The notes beneath the pieces were generated by a model. That model made no database searches. It was not told the origin of the DNA and worked only from the letters and a program-made list of their open reading frames with translations. This document shows, in pieces, positions 31,285-40,435 of a stretch of DNA of 64,000 bases. The DNA lies in assembly GCA_963422265.1 (NCBI GenBank), contig OY729416.1, positions 1,152,001 to 1,216,000 on the forward strand, in the 5' to 3' direction. Numbering within the stretch: the stretch's first letter is position 1; every line of letters begins with the position of its first letter. Origin of the DNA: Thermodesulfobacteriota bacterium. GTDB lineage: Bacteria; Desulfobacterota_D; UBA1144; Nemesobacterales; UBA2774. The translations under genes were made by a program, and so were the position numbers.

Positions 31285-32547
31285 CTATACAAGCCTGTGC
31301 TTATAAATAGGAAACTGCTCACATAGCCCTCGGACGTCTTCTTTGATCCGAGAAAGCACCTTGTCATTCCCGATATTATTTAAGGCTTCTATTATAAAAT
31401 CGGCGATTGCGTTCATTTCCCCTTCTTTCATGCCTCTTGTCGTTACGGCTGGGGTGCCAATCCTGATTCCGCTCGCTATAGCAGGGGGTTTTGGATCAAA
31501 AGGGATTGCGTTTTTATTCACTGTTATTCCGGCTCTCTCAAGCGTTTCTTCGGCAATTTTACCTGTAAACTCGGTCTCTCTAAGGTTAACTAGCACCAGA
31601 TGATTATCCGTTCCTCCTGAGACTAGTTTAAGCCCAGACTCGGATATGAGCTCGCCTAGCCTCTTCGCATTTTTAACGATCTGCTTTTGGTATTCCCTAA
31701 ACTCGGGATGCAGGGCTTCTTTGAAAGCCACTGCCTTCGCCGCTATAACGTGCATAAGAGGCCCCCCCTGGGTCCCGGGAAAAACTCTACTATTAATCTT
31801 TCTTTGATGCTTCTCCGTTGTCATTATCATACCCCCCCGTGGCCCGCGTAACGTCTTGTGCGTAGTAGTAGTGACGAAATCACAGTGTGGAATGGGGTTA
31901 GAGTATAGACCGGCGACCACCAGCCCCGCCGGATGCGCAATATCCGCCATAAGAAGTGCTCCGGACTCATCGGCGATTTCCCTTAATCTGGCAAAATCTA
32001 TGTCCCTCGGATAGGCGCTCCATCCAGCTACGATAAGCTTGGGACTGTGCTCTAAGGCTAGCCTTCTGACCTCATCAAAGTCTATTAAATTAGTGTCCTC
32101 TGTAACGCCGTAAGGAACAACGTTATACAGACGCCCTGAGAAATTGACGGGGCTCCCATGGGTAAGGTGCCCCCCGTGATCTAGGCTCATGCCCAGTATA
32201 GTGTCGCCCGGGTCTAAGGCCGCGAAATAGACTGACATATTAGCCTGCGCCCCGGAATGAGGCTGAACGTTCACGGCTTCGCATCCGAAGAGCTGTTTTG
32301 CCCTCTGCCGTGCGAGGTCCTCCACAACGTCCACAAATTCGCACCCTCCGTAATACCTTCTGCCCGGCAGACCCTCAGCGTATTTATTCGTAAGCACCGA
32401 CCCAAGAGCTTCGAGTACGGCTTCGCTAACGTAATTCTCAGACGCTATTAACTCAAGCCTATACTCCTGACGTTCTACCTCAGAGATTATAGCTTTAGCA
32501 ATTTGGGTATCTACCTCGTCAAGACTATGTATCATTCGCAGTATCAT
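31285..32547 (-). CDS. glyA: Serine hydroxymethyltransferase
   Basis: [42 protein letters not shown]; start ATG 32547 behind SD AAGGA. Confidence 0.98.
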   Translation of the reverse strand: MILRMIHSLDEVDTQIAKAIISEVERQEYRLELIASENYVSEAVLEALGSVLTNKYAEGLPGRRYYGGCEFVDVVEDLARQRAKQLFGCEAVNVQPHSGAQANMSVYFAALDPGDTILGMSLDHGGHLTHGSPVNFSGRLYNVVPYGVTEDTNLIDFDEVRRLALEHSPKLIVAGWSAYPRDIDFARLREIADESGALLMADIAHPAGLVVAGLYSNPIPHCDFVTTTTHKTLRGPRGGMIMTTEKHQRKINSRVFPGTQGGPLMHVIAAKAVAFKEALHPEFREYQKQIVKNAKRLGELISESGLKLVSGGTDNHLVLVNLRETEFTGKIAEETLERAGITVNKNAIPFDPKPPAIASGIRIGTPAVTTRGMKEGEMNAIADFIIEALNNIGNDKVLSRIKEDVRGLCEQFPIYKHRLV

Positions 32548-32552
32548 TCGCA
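32529..32552. repeat. 12-bp perfect tandem duplication spanning the glyA start
   Basis: GTATCATTCGCA x2 on the + strand. Confidence 0.9.
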
Positions 32553-32651
32553 TTCCTTGAAAAGCCCGTAAGTTTATCAAAGATTAGTAGGCTTGGCAAG
32601 CTAATTGACACGCCCTATGATGATTATTCTATAGGGTAGAAACTCGGCGGC

Positions 32652-33524
32652 TCACCCTTCAACTTTACCATACCTCTCCCCCCACATAAGCTTCGTTTTG
32701 AGAATAGTAAAGAAATCCCTGAAAGGAGATTTAATTAGCTTTACATAACTATCCGATCTTTGTACTTCCACAACGTCCCCCATTTGAAGTCTGATGCCTA
32801 TCTGACCGTCGAGCGTAAGATAAGTATCTGGTTCTTCCGTTGTAATTTTAATTTCGACCTTCATATCGTTTGATAATATCAACGGACGGTTGGTGAGAGT
32901 ATGAGGACAAATGGGAGTAATTATAGTAACTGGTATCCTTGGCGAGACGATTGGACCCCCAGCCGATAAAGAATAGGCGGTCGAGCCCGTAGGCGTCGAA
33001 AGAATAATACCATCCGCCCTATAGGTAGTTACGTGCGAGCCCTCAATATACACTGCAAGGTCAATTATCCTCGCAACCGCTCCCTTGTTAATAACAACGT
33101 CGTTAAGAAGTTCGTATCTTCCGACCTTGCCCCCCTTCCGCCTTATTTCCGTAGAGAGCATTTGCCTGTTTTCAATTTCGTAATCCCCCGCAATAATGCG
33201 CTCCATCATCTCGTATATTTCATCAATAGTGATCTCCGTAAGAAAGCCAAGACTACCGAGATTTATGCCGAGTATAGGGGTTCCGTGCTTACAGGCAAGC
33301 CGTGCAACCCCTAAAAACGTACCGTCCCCGCCGAACACTAGGATCAGATCAACTAATTCGGGGATGTCAATTCGTGAGACTGAATTCGGATGATTTATCT
33401 TTCCGCCGATTTCCTTTTCTAGATAAACGTCCACCCCCTTCCCCTCAAGCCACTTGCATAGCTCTCTCGTTACCTCGAAGGTTTTATCTATATTTGTTTT
33501 TCCTATGATTCCTACTCTTAAAAT
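32652..33524 (-). CDS. nadK: NAD kinase (probable ATT start)
   Basis: GGDGT, GINLGSLGFL, LNDVV, DGIILSTPTGSTAYSLSAGGP; SD GGAGG 6 nt before ATT at 33524. Confidence 0.95.
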   Translation of the reverse strand: MLRVGIIGKTNIDKTFEVTRELCKWLEGKGVDVYLEKEIGGKINHPNSVSRIDIPELVDLILVFGGDGTFLGVARLACKHGTPILGINLGSLGFLTEITIDEIYEMMERIIAGDYEIENRQMLSTEIRRKGGKVGRYELLNDVVINKGAVARIIDLAVYIEGSHVTTYRADGIILSTPTGSTAYSLSAGGPIVSPRIPVTIITPICPHTLTNRPLILSNDMKVEIKITTEEPDTYLTLDGQIGIRLQMGDVVEVQRSDSYVKLIKSPFRDFFTILKTKLMWGERYGKVEG

Positions 33525-33633
33525 CGGGAGCCTCCGAAACGAGTTAGCATAAGAGAAAATTGCTCTATAAAAGTAGCAAAGGCGAAACAATATACCAGCC
33601 GGGCTTTGGAATAGAAAGAATGTAACCTATCCT

Positions 33634-34732
33634 CTACCTAGACGAGTAGATAAGATAGCTCTTGATAAGCTCGGCTAGGTTTCCGTCCAACACCCCGTCG
33701 GCGTTGCCTGTTTCATAATCGGTCCTGTGATCTTTAACCATCCTATAGGGATGAAGCACATAGGAACGGATCTGACTTCCCCATCCGATGTCTTTTTTAT
33801 CCGATTGTAGCTCTTCGAGCTTCTCTATTTGCTTTTCTTTCTCTAGCTCATAGAGCCTCGCCCGCAGGATTTTCATCGCCGTTGCGCGGTTTTGATGCTG
33901 GGAGCGCTCGTTCTGACAGCTAACCACTATTCCCGTCGGCATATGCGTTATCCTTATTGCAGAGTCGGTTTTGTTTATGTGCTGTCCTCCAGCCCCACTC
34001 GCACGGTAAGTGTCCACCCTCAGATCTTTGTCCTCAACCTTTACCTCAATACTGTCGTCTATCTCAGGAGAGACAAAGACTGAGGCAAATGACGTGTGTC
34101 TTCTTCTATTCGAGTCAAAGGGTGAGATTCGCACTAGCCTGTGCACGCCGCCCTCAGATTTAAGATAACCAAAAGCATAAACCCCTTTCACAAGCACGGT
34201 AGCGCTTTTAAGCCCCGCTTCATCCCCTTCCTGATGCTCTATGATTTCTGTTTTGAATCCGCTGTTTTCAGCGTATCTAACATACATTCTAAGGAGCATC
34301 TCTGCCCAGTCTTGAGCTTCCGTGCCCCCAGCCCCTGCGTTTATTGAAACGATAGCGTTTCTCTCATCATCGGGACTACCTAGAATCCTTTTGAACTCAA
34401 GATCCTCTACTCGCCTCTCGACTGCCGATACCCTAGCCTTAGCTTCAGTCGCCGCATCCTCATCCTGTTCTTGCAGGGAAAGCTCTTCTAGCACCTCTAC
34501 ATCTTCAAGCTCCTGAGAAAGGCTTTCCCAGTTGTCAATTGTAGTCTTTATAAGGGATTGCTCTCTTAACGCTTCCTGAGCTTTATCGGTGTTATTCCAA
34601 AAACTGGGATGCCCAGTTATTTCATTTAATTCTTTAAGCCGTGTTTTTTTCGTAGAGAGGTCAAAGAAAACCTCCTAGTATCCTCAGCCTCTTCTTTAAG
34701 TCTTCAATCCGCTCCTTGTTGTCTCCTATCAC
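33634..34732 (-). CDS. prfB: Peptide chain release factor 2 with programmed +1 frameshift
   Basis: GTG start at 34732 behind GAGGAG; internal AGGAGG then CTT-TGA-C; the shifted frame has SPF (RLVRISPF) and GGQ motifs. Confidence 0.97.
34660..34676 (-). promoter_or_regulatory. prfB +1 ribosomal frameshift cassette
   Basis: Minus strand AGGAGG-TTTT-CTT-TGA-C. Confidence 0.95.
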
Positions 34733-35067
34733 TTAAGCACTCCTCGGTTTTTACAAGTAGGATAATATAAATATCCTACTCTTAAAAGCAAGCTAAGATG
34801 ACGCGTGCATCCACAATACCCGCAATGGCTTTATTTTAGCCATTGTGGGCTAAACTCTCAGTTCTATAGGGAATTTCTATACGGTATTGCTCTAATAACC
34901 TGCCCTATAGCCTGTTGAATTATCATTAGGTTTAAGTAAACTCATGAGGATTTCTGATGATAAGGGAACCCATAGTTTGCCTATTCAAAGCACGCCTGGA
35001 TACTTTCTATTGATGCTTTTACGCAAGAATAGATTAAACTAATTAGATTAAGAGAAGGAGAACCTAA

Positions 35068-36210
35068 TTGAAGAAATATATTTTTACGCCAGGTCCTGTA
35101 CCTGTGCCGAGCGAAGTATTAATAGAGATGGCAAAGCCCATAATACACCATCGGACGGCGGAGTTTGAGGCTATCTTCGCCGAGGTCAGAGACGGTCTTA
35201 AATACATCTTTGAAACCAAGCAAGAGGTATTTATCTTGGCGGCATCGGGCACTGGAGCGATGGAAGCGTCCGTTGCTAACACCCTCTCTCGGTCAAGTAA
35301 GTCCCTAGTTATCAACGGGGGAAAATTTGGAGAAAGGTGGGGCAAGATATGTAGAGCCTACGGCGTTGAGGTTAAGGAATTAGCCGTGGAATGGGGAAGA
35401 TGCGTGGACCCAAAGCAAGTAAAAAAGGCTTTAGACGATGACCCCTCAATTGACTCGGTGCTTATTCAAGCTAGCGAAACCTCTACGGGCGTTATGCACC
35501 CAGTGAGGGAAATTGGGGAAATAACGGGCAAAAGAGATGAAGTGATACTAATAGTAGATGGAATTACCGGAGTTGGAGTTTTCCCACTTCCCTTCGATGA
35601 GTGGGGAATTGACGTCCTAGTAGGCGGATCTCAAAAAGCCTTTATGCTTCCCCCTGGACTTTCTTTCGCCTCAATAAGTGAAAAGGCGTGGAAGTTCAAT
35701 GAGAGGTCCAATCTACCTAAGTTCTACTTTGATTTTAAGGCGGCGCTTAAGAACGCAGAAAAGAATACGTCTCCCTATACCCCAGCCGTTACGTTAATTA
35801 TTGGTCTCGCCGCAGTGCTAAGGAGATTCAGGGCTGAAGGTAGAGATAACCTACACAAGCATCACGCCGCGCTTGCGCTCGCCACTAGGGAAGCGATGAA
35901 AGCCATAGGACTTGAGCTTTTTGTAAAGGACACGCCGAGCACGGCGCTTACCACCGTCATAGCGCCACCCGAAATCGGAGCATTAAAGGTTATAGCTGGG
36001 CTAAGGGATGAGTTTAGCATAACGGTCGCTGGTGGACAGGATCAGGCAAAGGGGAAAATCTTTAGGATTTCTCATATAGGCGACATTGATAAAACCGATA
36101 CGCTCTCTGTCATATCAGCGGTTGAAAGCGTGCTAAACCAGCTTGGGCATAAGTTTGATTTCGGCGCCGCTACTAAGAAAGCGTCGGAGATTCTGACGGA
36201 AAAGAAATGA
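35068..36210 (+). CDS. Class V PLP aminotransferase (serine-pyruvate / alanine-glyoxylate family)
   Basis: FTPGPVPV, HHRT, SGTGAME, GKFGERW, ETSTGV, GSQKAFMLPPGL, FRISHIG. Confidence 0.93.
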   Translation: MKKYIFTPGPVPVPSEVLIEMAKPIIHHRTAEFEAIFAEVRDGLKYIFETKQEVFILAASGTGAMEASVANTLSRSSKSLVINGGKFGERWGKICRAYGVEVKELAVEWGRCVDPKQVKKALDDDPSIDSVLIQASETSTGVMHPVREIGEITGKRDEVILIVDGITGVGVFPLPFDEWGIDVLVGGSQKAFMLPPGLSFASISEKAWKFNERSNLPKFYFDFKAALKNAEKNTSPYTPAVTLIIGLAAVLRRFRAEGRDNLHKHHAALALATREAMKAIGLELFVKDTPSTALTTVIAPPEIGALKVIAGLRDEFSITVAGGQDQAKGKIFRISHIGDIDKTDTLSVISAVESVLNQLGHKFDFGAATKKASEILTEKK

Positions 36211-36274
36211 CGACATCGCATCACCTCACACCGTGATTGTTTCTACGCATATAACCATACAGGCGTCAATAATT

Positions 36275-36556
36275 TTACGAGAAGTGTTTTTTTACTAACG
36301 GATCGCTGTCAATTTCAGAGATTAGGTATGCAATCTGGTACTGATCACCAGGGTAGTGATATAGCCTAATTCCCTGTGGCGAGACGTAATAGAGACCATC
36401 CTTCTTAGTCTCGCTGGATAATTGGACTTCATAAACTGGAAAGCCGACGGATCCACCACCAATATTAACGGCTCGTCTATCGTTCCTTAATTTTCTGACG
36501 CTGCTAGCCACGTCCCATACCTTGGGAAACACCTGTCCCTTAACTATTAATTTCAT
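36275..36556 (-). CDS. Hypothetical protein
   Basis: 93-aa ORF, SD GAGGT before the ATG. Confidence 0.65.
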   Translation of the reverse strand: MKLIVKGQVFPKVWDVASSVRKLRNDRRAVNIGGGSVGFPVYEVQLSSETKKDGLYYVSPQGIRLYHYPGDQYQIAYLISEIDSDPLVKKHFS

Positions 36557-36572
36557 TTGTTACCTCAATCAC

Positions 36573-36935
36573 TCAAGCCGCTGATATTTCAACGCGCGAA
36601 ATCATACCTATACACGTCATAATTATATCCAATTTGCTGTCCCTGTCGTGCACGTAGCACTCTTTTAACTTATATCCGCATACGTCGCAGCGAAGGCTTC
36701 CATCCCCCTCCGCCTGCTTAGAGCATCCCTCGCAATAGAGCGCTCTTTCCTCATACCAGCTAAGGTGAGAATATATGAGTTCGTTTAATCCGCTTTTCCC
36801 CAATCTATCCGCCCACTCGGTAATATCCCTTATTGTTCTATCTCTGAATTGACGAGGCATTTCCCCAAGGTCGCCCGAGTATATCTCATCCTCACTCACG
36901 TATATTCTGCAAAAGAACGGCTGATCAATGCGCAT
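36573..36935 (-). CDS. Hypothetical protein with CxxC-CxxC zinc ribbon
   Basis: 120 aa; CEGC...CDVCG; 16 bp upstream of the previous ORF. Confidence 0.65.
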   Translation of the reverse strand: MRIDQPFFCRIYVSEDEIYSGDLGEMPRQFRDRTIRDITEWADRLGKSGLNELIYSHLSWYEERALYCEGCSKQAEGDGSLRCDVCGYKLKECYVHDRDSKLDIIMTCIGMISRVEISAA

Positions 36936-37156
36936 AGTTTAAGTTCTTAAAAATAGTTTAGCATAAACGCGGGCAATGTGTGAGGAGAAAGTAGTTAGAA
37001 AACCAACTGATATTTTATTAGGAGTAGTTACCGACAAATAACTACACGCCGATGCTATGTATTATACAGATAGTATGAACCACCACGGCATGGTAAGATA
37101 CCAGTTCCCATTCCGTAACGGCTGAGAACCACGGTAGTGAGAGACGTGTTGATAAC

Positions 37157-37512
37157 GTCATTCCTGCGTAAGCAGGAATCTAGTAAGGAGATAGGGGGGG
37201 ATAAGGAAAGAATTCTCATACCCCAATCCTCTGGTTGGTGAGCCTGCCGAACCATTTCGTGGATTCCCAGGCAAGCTGGGAATGACGGGGATGTAGGATA
37301 GAGGAAATATAGGGGCAGGAATCACAAAAATGCCCTCACCCCTAAGCGCTCTCGATTCGTACATTCACTACAACAGATAAGAAAATCCACCCTAACCCTC
37401 CTTTGTAAAGGTAGGGCAATATCACTTCTAACCTCTCAGATAAAGCAGGATTGAAGGTGGCATCCTGAGGAGATCCGCCGGGCCGTCATGCTGAACCTGC
37501 TTCAAACATCTA
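37157..37512. repeat. Mosaic of REP-like palindromic elements
   Basis: GTCATTCCTGCGTAAGCAGGAATC and inverted copy GGATTCCCAGGCAAGCTGGGAATGAC; GGTGAGCCTGCCGAACCA; AAATCCACCCTAACCCTCCTTTGTAAAGGTAGGG; GTCATGCTGAACCTGCTTCAAACATC. Confidence 0.7.
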
Positions 37513-37773
37513 GCCTTTACTCTCGAACACATAAATTTAATCTAAAATTCTCTGATAAACAAAAAAGGGGTTCGTCTCTGCTTTTTGAAAGAAGGAAACG
37601 TTACCGCACACTAGCGGCAGCATCACCGTATTCCCCCACCCAGAGGTTGCCCTTGCGGGTGTATTAACCGGTGCTACAGGGTTCGCGGATGTAAACGAGC
37701 CGCCGTTCGCTGCTATAGAAATAAACAACGAAAGCGCTGCGGATGATGGGGCGGAGGTCGCTGAGTTGAAAGC

Positions 37774-39144
37774 TCACTTCGTAGTAGGGTGGATGATACT
37801 AACCTTTTCTATCTCTCTCCGCACTCCGTCTTTGTTGCGAATGGTCTGCTTAATCTGGATATGGGCTATTCTGTAGTCCGGGAGCGGGACGTATAACAGG
37901 CAGCGGTCACCGGAGCGCTTCACGTGCCGCTCAAAATTATGGTACAGCTCGTCGAAGCCGAACATTTGTCGAGTGTGAGGCAGATCATTTATGTCTAAAG
38001 GGAAAATACGCACGCTCACGAAGAGCATTCGGTCGGCATCCGCCGGAGCGCACGGTTCCCTGAAGTAAACCAGCCGGTCGCCGATGATATGGAAGTCAAA
38101 ATAGGAGTGGGCAAGGGGCACAGACCCGCCGGAGACAATCCATTTATAGTCCTTCTCTAGGGCGGCGGCCTCGTCCCTGGAATGAACATATTGCCAAACT
38201 GCCAGCCCGGTGCTGCCAACCATAACCAGCGTGCAGGCTGCCATCCAGAACGGGATGCGTCCACCCGGCGGTTCTTCCACTCGGTGCCCGGCAGCAAGTG
38301 GGACCTCAGCCCTCCGTCTTTGATCCAGCAGCAGCTCAAGTGCATAGCACAGGCAGGCGATACCGAGCAGATACTCGTATACTTCATACGGGTTAGTATA
38401 AGGGGAGTGTCCAGGCGCGCCATGGATATAGAATAGGGACAGACCAAGCGTCAGGATCGACGCAATGACGACGACGAACCACTTCATCCGCATGGAAACC
38501 AACACCATGCTGCCCAGAATAAGCAGCCCCTGCCTTGGACTAGCTTCCATGCTGATACTGAGCGCATAGAACCGCATGAACAAAAAGCCGAACAGCAATG
38601 GGATGGATGGCAATGGAATCCCCAAGAACCTGTCCTGCCGGTAGAAGAAAGCGACGGCAGTGACCACGCACAGCAACATCGTTCCTGTCCAGTGGAATCT
38701 CGCGAACGTTGTCGTGCTGATGTTGTGGAGGTTTATTTCGTTTTGTTTGTTCAGTCCCATCAGGAAATCTGGCGTCGTCCACCCGAACAAGCGCTGTCCC
38801 CAACTGATCTCCTCGCCGGCGGCGAACAGGAATGCGACCGCACCCAGAATATAGATACAGCGACGGAAGGAGTTCGACTCCGGACGAGCCGTGGCAAACA
38901 GCAGGAGGCTGGTTAGAAAAAACCAGATGACGGTTAGATTTTCCACCCAGTCATCTTCCCGGACCAGCACATCATAGAGCCACCGGTCAGTAATATTGAT
39001 CCCAGTGAAGAAAAATATGTTCAGACAGATAACGAGATAGCCGGAAACGGCGACCTTGCTGTCGAGATAGTTATTAGGGTGGAGGTTCCAGTTGCTTCCG
39101 GTTATAAGACAGCGAAGATTTTCGACAAAACCGTGCAGTTTCAT
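37774..39144 (-). CDS. Multi-pass membrane protein with C-terminal extracytoplasmic domain, function unknown
   Basis: About 9 hydrophobic segments; EDDWVENLT..AAGEEISWGQRLFGW.TP...NKQNEINLHN motif; soluble C-terminal domain with two Cys; GC-richer than flanks. Confidence 0.8.
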   Translation of the reverse strand: MKLHGFVENLRCLITGSNWNLHPNNYLDSKVAVSGYLVICLNIFFFTGINITDRWLYDVLVREDDWVENLTVIWFFLTSLLLFATARPESNSFRRCIYILGAVAFLFAAGEEISWGQRLFGWTTPDFLMGLNKQNEINLHNISTTTFARFHWTGTMLLCVVTAVAFFYRQDRFLGIPLPSIPLLFGFLFMRFYALSISMEASPRQGLLILGSMVLVSMRMKWFVVVIASILTLGLSLFYIHGAPGHSPYTNPYEVYEYLLGIACLCYALELLLDQRRRAEVPLAAGHRVEEPPGGRIPFWMAACTLVMVGSTGLAVWQYVHSRDEAAALEKDYKWIVSGGSVPLAHSYFDFHIIGDRLVYFREPCAPADADRMLFVSVRIFPLDINDLPHTRQMFGFDELYHNFERHVKRSGDRCLLYVPLPDYRIAHIQIKQTIRNKDGVRREIEKVSIIHPTTK

Positions 39145-39245
39145 GGAGTGTCCCTACCTTACCATGGAAACTCATTAGTTGATTCGTAAATTGACGGCAG
39201 TCTTTCACAACCTACCATAACATTATCACCGCTGTCCCTTAATTT

Positions 39246-40277
39246 TTAGGGGGGGGGGGGGGGGGGGGGGATGAAGAAGCCGACTCCCCAGCTCAGATGC
39301 ATCAATGCCAACACTAAGGGAAGCAGGAAAGCTGCAGTATCGCTCCGACACAATCCCACGACGGCCGACCCGAGCAGGACGGTAAGCATGTAGGCAGACA
39401 GCAGCCCCGTCAACAACCAAGTAAATCCTGCCACAGCCAGTAGCAGCCCGGATGTGAAACCCAGCACCAAAAGTGGGGCAGCGAGATGACGTAATCTAAC
39501 CGAGGACGGATGTTTCCTTATCACCACCGATTTCCATCTGCCGTAATCGAAATACTGCCGCGCCAGACCCTTGACCGTGTTGCGGGGTTTATACTCTACC
39601 ACTAACTCAGGGGTGAACCAGATGGTCTTTCCCTTCTTGCGCAAACGGTAGTTGAACTCGTAGTCCTGGTTCCTGATCAGAGAAACATCGTATCCCCCCA
39701 TCTCGTCCAGAGTCTCGCGGGAGAATACGCCCAGAAAGGCGCTTTCTGAGGGTCCTTCCTTTCCGCCTAAACGGTGCCGAGAGTCCCCCACGCCTAGGAA
39801 GGTCGTCATGGCCATCGCCACGGCTCGCTCGAATAGAGTCTCTCCTACCGCTTTCTGGCATCCACCCACGTTCGCCGCCCCGGTGCGTTTCAGCGTTTCT
39901 ATCGCTAGGCTCACGTAGTTGGGTGGAAAAACTGTATGCGCATCACATCGCACTATAACGTCGCCAGCCGCTATATCAAACCCCCTGTTGGCTCCGGCCC
40001 CAAGGGTTTTTTCTGGATTAGGAATCAATTGCACCCATGGATAGAACTGCCGGATAATCTCAGAGGTGGCAGGGGACTCCGAACCATCAGCGACGATAAC
40101 TTCAATCACCCCCGCATAATCCTGAGCCGCAAGCGCATCTAGGGTGGGACCGATTGTCCCCTCGGCGTTACGAGCAGGTATAATGACCGATACCGAAGGA
40201 AGACGCCTTAAGGCGTCCTTCCTTTCTTCCTGCCTAGAGCCAGCCCCTTGTCTCGCAATGTCCAACGCTTTCATCAT
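39246..40277 (-). CDS. Glycosyltransferase family 2 (ExoA-like) with C-terminal TM segments
   Basis: SVIIPARN, VADGS, RCDAH, GGYD....NQDYEFNYR, QYFDYGRWK, MHLSWGVGF. Confidence 0.93.
   Translation of the reverse strand: MMKALDIARQGAGSRQEERKDALRRLPSVSVIIPARNAEGTIGPTLDALAAQDYAGVIEVIVADGSESPATSEIIRQFYPWVQLIPNPEKTLGAGANRGFDIAAGDVIVRCDAHTVFPPNYVSLAIETLKRTGAANVGGCQKAVGETLFERAVAMAMTTFLGVGDSRHRLGGKEGPSESAFLGVFSRETLDEMGGYDVSLIRNQDYEFNYRLRKKGKTIWFTPELVVEYKPRNTVKGLARQYFDYGRWKSVVIRKHPSSVRLRHLAAPLLVLGFTSGLLLAVAGFTWLLTGLLSAYMLTVLLGSAVVGLCRSDTAAFLLPLVLALMHLSWGVGFFIPPPPPPP
39249..39270 (+). repeat. 22-nt poly-G homopolymer (poly-C on the coding strand) at the 3' end of the glycosyltransferase
   Basis: Direct count of 22 G; encodes a Pro7 run followed by TAA. 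Confidence 0.9.
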
Positions 40278-40435
40278 AACAGATACTAAAACTCCCTAGT
40301 ATGATAAAATAATTTAGGCGTAATTCAAAATAATAAAGAGATTGTAAACTTGCGCGTTGAGATAATGATCCCACTGACTATTGCATACTTGGACAAGAAT
40401 TTTGTCACTATCCAATTACGATTACTATACGCGCC

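Noticed and set aside
37055-37364. 66-aa and 68-aa minus-strand ORFs
   Set aside because: Translations of palindromic repeats (LDSCLRRND, VIPSLPGNP, MVRQAHQP); likely spurious.
36936-37540. CRISPR array or tRNA in the long intergenic region
   Set aside because: No regularly spaced identical repeats and no cloverleaf with a proper T-loop; the palindromes are heterogeneous.
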